Shown: positions 14,517 through 20,133 of the stretch, one piece after another
Numbering within the stretch: position 1 is the first letter of the stretch
Layout: every line of letters begins with the position of its first letter
Source of the DNA: an uncultured delta proteobacterium
GTDB taxonomy: Bacteria; Desulfobacterota; Binatia; UBA9968
NCBI GenBank assembly: GCA_963840855.1
Contig: CAWJBB010000042.1
Coordinates: 1 to 20,133, forward strand
DNA length: 20,133 bases
Reading direction: 5' to 3'
Translations under genes and position numbers: made by a program
Notes under the pieces: generated by a model
What the model was told of the DNA's origin: nothing
Database searches by the model: none
The model's input: only the letters and a program-made list of their open reading frames with translations

Positions 14517-15848
14517 ATGAACGACACTCTTCACCCCTCAATTCTCGATCTTTCCCGTAAGATTGCGGGTTTCAGCCACGGTTTTCGTTTAGAGCAAGCG
14601 CCGGCATCCGTCGTGGCGAATGCCAAGCTGGCGATCTTGGACTGTCTTGGTGTCGCCGTCTTAGCCGGGACACAGGAAATCGGCGACTGTCTGCGCAGGT
14701 TTGCTCGGGCCAATGTCGCGTCGGGTAATTGTACGGTCTGGGGCATGGAGATCCAAAGCAATGCCCGGGACGCCGCCCTGTTAAACGGCACACTGGCGCA
14801 TGGACTCGATTATGACGACCGCAATCATTCGACGACCTACACGCTGGCGTCGTCGATCGCGTTGACTGAAGACGCCAACGCCGGCGGCCGTGAAGCCTTG
14901 GAAGCTTTTATCGTCGGACGTGAAGTAAGGGCAAGTCTCGATAGCATTTTTTCCCATCGTGGCAGCGGTATCGGCCCTGGAGCACGCGGCTGGCATTCTA
15001 ACGGTATTCTCGGTCCCATCGCGGCGGCGTGCTGCGCCAGTAAAGTGCTCAAGCTCGATGCGAAACAGACTTTAGCTGCCCTCGGGCTCGCGGCGGGATC
15101 CTGCGGCGCGCTCACCCGCGACGGCGGCACCATGGCAAAGCCATTTCGTTGCGGCCATGCGGCGGCGACAGGCGTAACATCAGCGCTGCTGGCGCGAGAA
15201 GGATTCACCAGCGATGAGACCGCCCTGGAGGAGCGCTACGGGCTTTTGGAAGCCGTAGGTCCTCTGAGCGAACAAATTCTCGCATCCCTGGGGAAAGACC
15301 TTGGCGCGGTTTGGGATCTAGGCCACAGCCTCAGAATCAAGCCCTTTGCCTCCTGCACCGCGACGCACTCCGGCCTCGAAGCGATGCTGCGCCTCGTGCA
15401 GCGTGACAAAATTGCTCCAGGTGACGTCGAAGCAATGGAGTGCGACCTGCGTCCCTATCCGCTGGTGCGCGCCAAACCCACGCGCGGTTATGAAGGAAGA
15501 TTCAGCATGCCTTTCTGTTTGGCGGTGGCATTAGTGTATGGCAAAGTCACGCCGGATGATTTTGTTGATGAACGGCTGCAAGAGCCGCGGATTCAAGAGT
15601 TGATCGGTCGCACCCGCCACCTGCCCAAGGAAGACGTTCTCACCGTAACTCTAAAGAACGGCAAAAAATTGTCGGAGCCTTTCCAACCGCCAACGAATCT
15701 TACGGAGCAGTCGCAAATCAGCGAAAAATTCGCCCAATCGGTGAGCCGGGTTTTTTCACCGGAACGGACACGGGCAATTGCCGATCATGTCATGCGTCTG
15801 GAAGAGCTACGGTCGGTCACGGAACTCACGAATTTATTAAGAACGTAA
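14517..15848 (+). CDS. MmgE/PrpD family protein (second paralog)
   Basis: ILDCLGVAVLA, AALLNGTLAHGLDYDD, RGWH..G.LG.IAAA, GTMAKPF..GHAA..GV.SALLA.EGFT, IKPFASC..TH and GRFSMPFCLA. GAGGT at 14507-14511 favours ATG 14517. The alternative is ATG 14478, overlapping the upstream stop. Confidence 0.9.
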   Translation: MNDTLHPSILDLSRKIAGFSHGFRLEQAPASVVANAKLAILDCLGVAVLAGTQEIGDCLRRFARANVASGNCTVWGMEIQSNARDAALLNGTLAHGLDYDDRNHSTTYTLASSIALTEDANAGGREALEAFIVGREVRASLDSIFSHRGSGIGPGARGWHSNGILGPIAAACCASKVLKLDAKQTLAALGLAAGSCGALTRDGGTMAKPFRCGHAAATGVTSALLAREGFTSDETALEERYGLLEAVGPLSEQILASLGKDLGAVWDLGHSLRIKPFASCTATHSGLEAMLRLVQRDKIAPGDVEAMECDLRPYPLVRAKPTRGYEGRFSMPFCLAVALVYGKVTPDDFVDERLQEPRIQELIGRTRHLPKEDVLTVTLKNGKKLSEPFQPPTNLTEQSQISEKFAQSVSRVFSPERTRAIADHVMRLEELRSVTELTNLLRT

Positions 15849-15897
15849 TTTATCCTTTGGCTTCTTTTCTGAGGAAGCTCTCTGAAGGAGGAAACCC

Positions 15898-16908
15898 ATG
15901 GTCTTGCGCGCAGGCCCGAAAAAACTCATTTTGCTATTTTTCGTTTTGCATCTCCCCATACTTTGTGCTGCGCTTTTCCAACCCACAAAAGTCTTTGCCA
16001 GCAACTGGTACGAGGCAGCTAAAAGCGAAAAGCAGGCGGTGTGGTACACCTCGCTCAATGTGGCGGACAACGAGAAGATAATAGCGGCGTTCACAAAAAA
16101 GTATCCCGGCGTCGACGTGAACGTCAATCGTCAAAGCGCCAACAGCGTCCTGCAAAAAGTCCTCACCGAGCGCCGCGCCGGCAAAGACGTTGCGGACGTT
16201 GTCCTGGTTGGAGCGGAGTATCTCGACCTGCTGCAGAACCGCGGCATTTTACAGAAATACAACTCGGCGGAGTGGAAGGCCGAAAAAGGGGATTTCTGGA
16301 CCGCGACCTACATGAGCGTTCACAGCATCGCCTACAACAAGAACCTCCTTGGCGCGGACATGGCGCCACGGCGCTACCAGGACCTGCTCCAGGAGCGCTG
16401 GCGCGGCAAGTTCGCCGTCAACTTGGGTAATCCGACGTGGATTTATTCCATGTTGGACTTTTTCGGCAAGGATAAAGGCTCGGACTTTCTAAAAAAGCTC
16501 GCCGCGCTGAACCCTCGCGCATACCGCGGCACCACCTTGCTCATGCAAAGTGTCATTGCCGGAGACGCAGAGATCGGCGTAGCGCTGAACCACGACGGCG
16601 TGATCGCCTTTATCAACAAAAAGGCGCCGGTAGCATTGTCGAATATTCAGGACCCCCTCTATGCGGATGTGCACGGCATTGGCATTTTGGGAAATGCGCA
16701 ACGTCCCAACGCGGCGCGGCTGCTGGTCGACTTTATTGTCTCCAAGGAGGGTCAAACCATCCTGGCCGAGCTGGACAAGACCACGGTGCGCGATGATGTG
16801 CCGACAAAGTATCAATTCGATCGCAAGACTCTTCGTGTCGTCGGCCCGGAGGCGCGCGCCAACGTCGAGGAGTACGACAAGATGATGGTGGCATTGTTTA
16901 CCAAATAG
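15898..16908 (+). CDS. Extracellular solute-binding protein (AfuA/FbpA-like ABC family)
   Basis: Signal-like N-terminus, YEAAKSE...WYTSLN, KKYPGV, DLLQERWRGK and PNAARLLVDFIVSKEGQ. RBS AAGGAGG upstream. Confidence 0.88.
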   Translation: MVLRAGPKKLILLFFVLHLPILCAALFQPTKVFASNWYEAAKSEKQAVWYTSLNVADNEKIIAAFTKKYPGVDVNVNRQSANSVLQKVLTERRAGKDVADVVLVGAEYLDLLQNRGILQKYNSAEWKAEKGDFWTATYMSVHSIAYNKNLLGADMAPRRYQDLLQERWRGKFAVNLGNPTWIYSMLDFFGKDKGSDFLKKLAALNPRAYRGTTLLMQSVIAGDAEIGVALNHDGVIAFINKKAPVALSNIQDPLYADVHGIGILGNAQRPNAARLLVDFIVSKEGQTILAELDKTTVRDDVPTKYQFDRKTLRVVGPEARANVEEYDKMMVALFTK

Positions 16909-16930
16909 CAGTGTTCGAAGGAGACGTGTC

Positions 16931-17932
16931 ATGAAGGATTGGAAAAACCGCGGCATCCGCGTTTTCGGCGCGGTCGCGCTGCTGATGCTTTTCTCCGCTG
17001 CGATAGCTTCCGGCGCCGCCTACGAAGAAGCGAAAAAGGAAGGCCAGGTGGTGCTTTACACTTCACTCAATGTGGAGGACTCGCAGCCGCTCGCCGAGGC
17101 CTTTTCCGCAAAGTATCCCGGCGTCAAAGTAGAAGTTAACCGGCAAGGGAGTTCGACCCTGGTCACCAAGATTCTGACGGAGCGCCGCGTGGGCAAAAGA
17201 GACAATGCCGATCTGGTTCTCACCGGCGCCGACTCCCTCGACTTGATGCTGATGGAAGTGCCGACCATCTTTCAGAAATACACCTCGCGGGAACGGCCGC
17301 CAGAGGAACGCGGACTTTACAGCGGTGTCTATTTCACGATCCAGACCATCGCGTACAATAACCGCGCGGTGACCGGAGCCGATATCCCGAGGCGTTATGC
17401 CGACTTACTGCGCGAGCGTTGGAAGGGCAAAGCGGCTATCAATCTCAACAACTACGGCTGGATCTATGCGATGTTGGATTTCTTCGGCGCCGAGAAAGGC
17501 ATGGATTTTTTACGCAAGTTCGCCGCCCACAACCCCAAGCCCGGACGGGGCACGACCTTGATGGTTCAGCAATGGTTGGGCGGCGGCGAGGTGGAATTGG
17601 CGTTGCCGCTCAATCACGACGGCATCAATAAATTCAGAGAAAAAGGCCTTCCCGTTGATTGGGCACGCCTCGAAGATCCGCTTTACGCCGATCTCCACAC
17701 CGTTGCGATATTGGGCATGGCGCGCAATCCCAACGCCGCCCGGCTGCTGGTGGATTTTATTTTGTCCAAAGAAGGACAGACACTGATGGCCAAGACCGGC
17801 AATTCGGTTATGCGCGACGACCTTTCCGTCAAGGACGATATCGATCGGAAGAAGCTCCGGTTCCTGTCGGCCCAAGCTCGCGCGGGCGCGGACAAGCACC
17901 AGAAGACTATGAACGAGCTGTACAGCAAATAA
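16931..17932 (+). CDS. Extracellular solute-binding protein (AfuA/FbpA-like), tandem paralog of 15898-16908
   Basis: Signal peptide, YEEAKKEGQVVLYTSLN, DLLRERWKGK and PNAARLLVDFILSKEGQ. RBS AAGGAG upstream. Confidence 0.88.
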   Translation: MKDWKNRGIRVFGAVALLMLFSAAIASGAAYEEAKKEGQVVLYTSLNVEDSQPLAEAFSAKYPGVKVEVNRQGSSTLVTKILTERRVGKRDNADLVLTGADSLDLMLMEVPTIFQKYTSRERPPEERGLYSGVYFTIQTIAYNNRAVTGADIPRRYADLLRERWKGKAAINLNNYGWIYAMLDFFGAEKGMDFLRKFAAHNPKPGRGTTLMVQQWLGGGEVELALPLNHDGINKFREKGLPVDWARLEDPLYADLHTVAILGMARNPNAARLLVDFILSKEGQTLMAKTGNSVMRDDLSVKDDIDRKKLRFLSAQARAGADKHQKTMNELYSK

Positions 17933-17980
17933 CCCAGCTTTTGCCCAGCAAGCGTGAAACCGCAGGAACAAGGAGGCGTA

Positions 17981-19024
17981 GTGGAACACCAAACCCATGA
18001 AGCGGCCCATGAGAGCCGCGAAGCATTGAAATCAAAAATTCAAATCTACGACATGGACGCTCATGTCATTGAGACCGATGACGATTTGCGCCCGCTGATG
18101 CCGGAACCCTACCGCAACAAGCAGGGCTCTCTTCTCGGCATGGACGAGTGGCACGTTCGCGTCAGGCGTCGGCCACGCGCTCCCGACGATCTGGAAAAAC
18201 GCTTGGCCGTCATGAAAGAGGAAGGGATCGTCTATTCGCTGCTCTTCCCCAGCCGGGCGATGGACGTGGGAACCCAGCGCGACAAAAATTTTGCCGGCGC
18301 TTTCTGCCGCGCCTACAACGACTACATCGCGAGTGTCTGTCGTGAAGCGTCACAGCTCAAGGGTGTTGCCCTGCTCCCCTTTCAGGACGTCCCTGCCGCC
18401 GTGGCCGAGCTCAAGCGCGCCGTCACCAAACTCGATCTGTCCGGCGTCGTGCTTTCTTCTTTCGGCCTCAAGGAGCACATCGGTTCGTCCACCTTCTGGC
18501 CCATTTATGAAGAGATGGAGCGACTCAACGTGCCGCTAATGATTCACGCTTCCATTCAGGGACCGGCGGGCGACCGGCGCGCCGACACTTTCCTCTTACA
18601 GCATACCGTCGGCAGACCGGTGGCGACGTTGTATGATTGTGCGGCCTTGATCTACGGCGGCGTTGTCGAGAAATATCCGAAGCTGCGCGTTGCTTTTCTC
18701 GAAAACCGCGCGGCCTGGGTACCGTACTGGATGGATTACCTGGACGCCAAGTGGGAAAAGCGCCGCGCCGACGCGCCGCTTTTAAAAAGAAAACCCAGCT
18801 CGTACATGACCGGAGGGAATTTTTTCTACTCGGCCGAGCCCGAAGAAAAATCGCTTCCTCACGTCCTGGAGCGCCTCGGCGGAGACCTCATTATTTTTGC
18901 CACGGACTTCCCGCACAGCGGCTCTGCTTTCACCGCCGACCTGCTCGACCGGACGGATATCTCAGAGGACGCCAAGAGCAAGATTCTACACGACAACGGC
19001 AAGCGCTTATTCGGATGGGCTTGA
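17981..19024 (+). CDS. Amidohydrolase family 2 protein (TIM-barrel metalloenzyme)
   Basis: DMDAHVIE, CRAYNDY, FWPIYEEMERLNVPLMIH, KYPKLRVAFLE, FATDFPH and KILHDNGKRLF. AGGAGG at 17971-17976 favours GTG 17981. Confidence 0.9.
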   Translation: MEHQTHEAAHESREALKSKIQIYDMDAHVIETDDDLRPLMPEPYRNKQGSLLGMDEWHVRVRRRPRAPDDLEKRLAVMKEEGIVYSLLFPSRAMDVGTQRDKNFAGAFCRAYNDYIASVCREASQLKGVALLPFQDVPAAVAELKRAVTKLDLSGVVLSSFGLKEHIGSSTFWPIYEEMERLNVPLMIHASIQGPAGDRRADTFLLQHTVGRPVATLYDCAALIYGGVVEKYPKLRVAFLENRAAWVPYWMDYLDAKWEKRRADAPLLKRKPSSYMTGGNFFYSAEPEEKSLPHVLERLGGDLIIFATDFPHSGSAFTADLLDRTDISEDAKSKILHDNGKRLFGWA

Positions 19025-19075
19025 GCGCCGGGGACGTGCGACCACATATTATCCGCAGCTTCAGGGAGGGAGAAC

Positions 19076-20133
19076 ATGGCTGACTTTTCAGTAATCGACG
19101 CTGACGTGCATTTCATGCAAAAAACCGACGACTCCGACGTACGGCCTTTTATGGGAAGCCCATACAGCGATCAGTCAGGTCCCCTGCTACCGGCCACCGG
19201 CTGGGACGCCAGCGAATATGGCCGGATCAAGCCCGACGACTGGACTCCGGATCACTACCGTCGCGCCATGGATCAGGAAGGGGTTGACGTTTCCGTTCTC
19301 TTCCCGACGCGCGCTTTGTTATTGAGCCAAATTCCCCGCAACGGGTTGCCCACCGGCTATTCGGCCAGAGCCCGGGACGAGAACCTTGTGATCGCCTATT
19401 GCCGCGGCTACAACGACCACATCGCCGGCATCTGCAAAGCCAACCCGCGTCTCAAAGCGGCGGCCGTTGTGCCGTTTCAGAACGTTGCCGCCGCGGTCAC
19501 CGAGATTAAGCGCGCGGTTACAGAACTCGGATTGGTGGGAATCGCGCTCTCTTCGCTGGGACTCCCCGAGCACGTGGGAGCGCCGACCTACTGGCCTATC
19601 TACCAGGAAATAGAACGCCTCAACGTGCCGCTGTTGATTCACAATCTTTCCTACCAGGGACCGGGACAGGACCTGCGCGCGGATACTTTTCTCTTTCAAG
19701 ATACGGTGGGCGGGTCGATGGAAACTTTTCATACCTGCACGGCGCTGATGTACGGCGGTATCCCTGACAAGTTCCCAAAACTTCGCATCGGCGTTTTCAA
19801 CACCGGCATCGGTTGGGTTCCCTTTCTCATGGAACGAATGGATAAGGACTTCGAAGGAAGAAACCAGGAAGAGGCCCCGTGGCTCAAGAAGGCGCCCAGC
19901 GCGCACATCACCGGAGGGAATTGGTATTTCGCTACTACCTACAATGAACAATCCTTGCCCTACGTCCTGGAAACCGTCGGCGAGGACCAGATTATCTTCG
20001 GCTCCGCCTATCCGGAAGCGGATAACCTTTTCCCCGAGGCCGTATCAAGCATTCGCGCGCGCACGGATGTTTCCGACCAAGCCAAGAAAAAGATCCTGTC
20101 GGAAAATGCCAAGACGCTGTTCGGTTGGAAGTA
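19076..20133 (+). CDS. Amidohydrolase family 2 paralog with degenerate metal site (window ends in the probable stop codon)
   Basis: Manual translation: MADFSVIDADVHF...CRGYNDH...YWPIYQEIERLNVPLLIH...KFPKLRIGVFN...IIFGSAYPEAD...KILSENAKTLFGWK, 352 codons followed by TA at the window edge. RBS GGAGG upstream. Not in the ORF track. Confidence 0.88.
   Translation, partial: MADFSVIDADVHFMQKTDDSDVRPFMGSPYSDQSGPLLPATGWDASEYGRIKPDDWTPDHYRRAMDQEGVDVSVLFPTRALLLSQIPRNGLPTGYSARARDENLVIAYCRGYNDHIAGICKANPRLKAAAVVPFQNVAAAVTEIKRAVTELGLVGIALSSLGLPEHVGAPTYWPIYQEIERLNVPLLIHNLSYQGPGQDLRADTFLFQDTVGGSMETFHTCTALMYGGIPDKFPKLRIGVFNTGIGWVPFLMERMDKDFEGRNQEEAPWLKKAPSAHITGGNWYFATTYNEQSLPYVLETVGEDQIIFGSAYPEADNLFPEAVSSIRARTDVSDQAKKKILSENAKTLFGWK

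Noticed and set aside
19076-20133. Second amidohydrolase as a pseudogene
   Set aside because: The frame is uninterrupted for 352 codons with a good RBS and a C-terminus matching copy 1. Only specific catalytic residues differ.

Overview
Bacterial chromosomal window of moderately high GC with 17 plausible CDSs. I saw no rRNA, tRNA, CRISPR array or transposase. The left part is mostly housekeeping: rmuC (minus strand, runs off the window start and is absent from the ORF track), a VOC/glyoxalase gene, a divergent AmmeMemoRadiSam radical SAM gene (amrS) and a GAF-domain PTS enzyme I (ptsP). The centre is a three-gene module with its own sigma70-type promoter and a perfect palindromic operator. 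It encodes a short BoxB-like di-iron aryl-CoA epoxidase, a thioredoxin-like [2Fe-2S] ferredoxin and a stand-alone, divergent NuoF-like flavoprotein, with no boxA, boxC or other nuo gene in the window. This is the best candidate for an undescribed system: a di-iron oxygenase apparently fed by a repurposed complex I NuoEF-type diaphorase. The right part is a co-oriented catabolic/uptake array: a PuuE-like deacetylase-fold hydrolase, an alpha/beta hydrolase, four solute-binding proteins with no permease or ATPase, two MmgE/PrpD proteins and a tandem amidohydrolase pair whose active-site losses look complementary (possible heterodimer). Intergenic regions carry REP-like hairpins and short-period repeats. 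The gene content resembles Candidatus Binatia (Binatota) genomes, which is inference only. All family calls come from motif recognition, not database searches.
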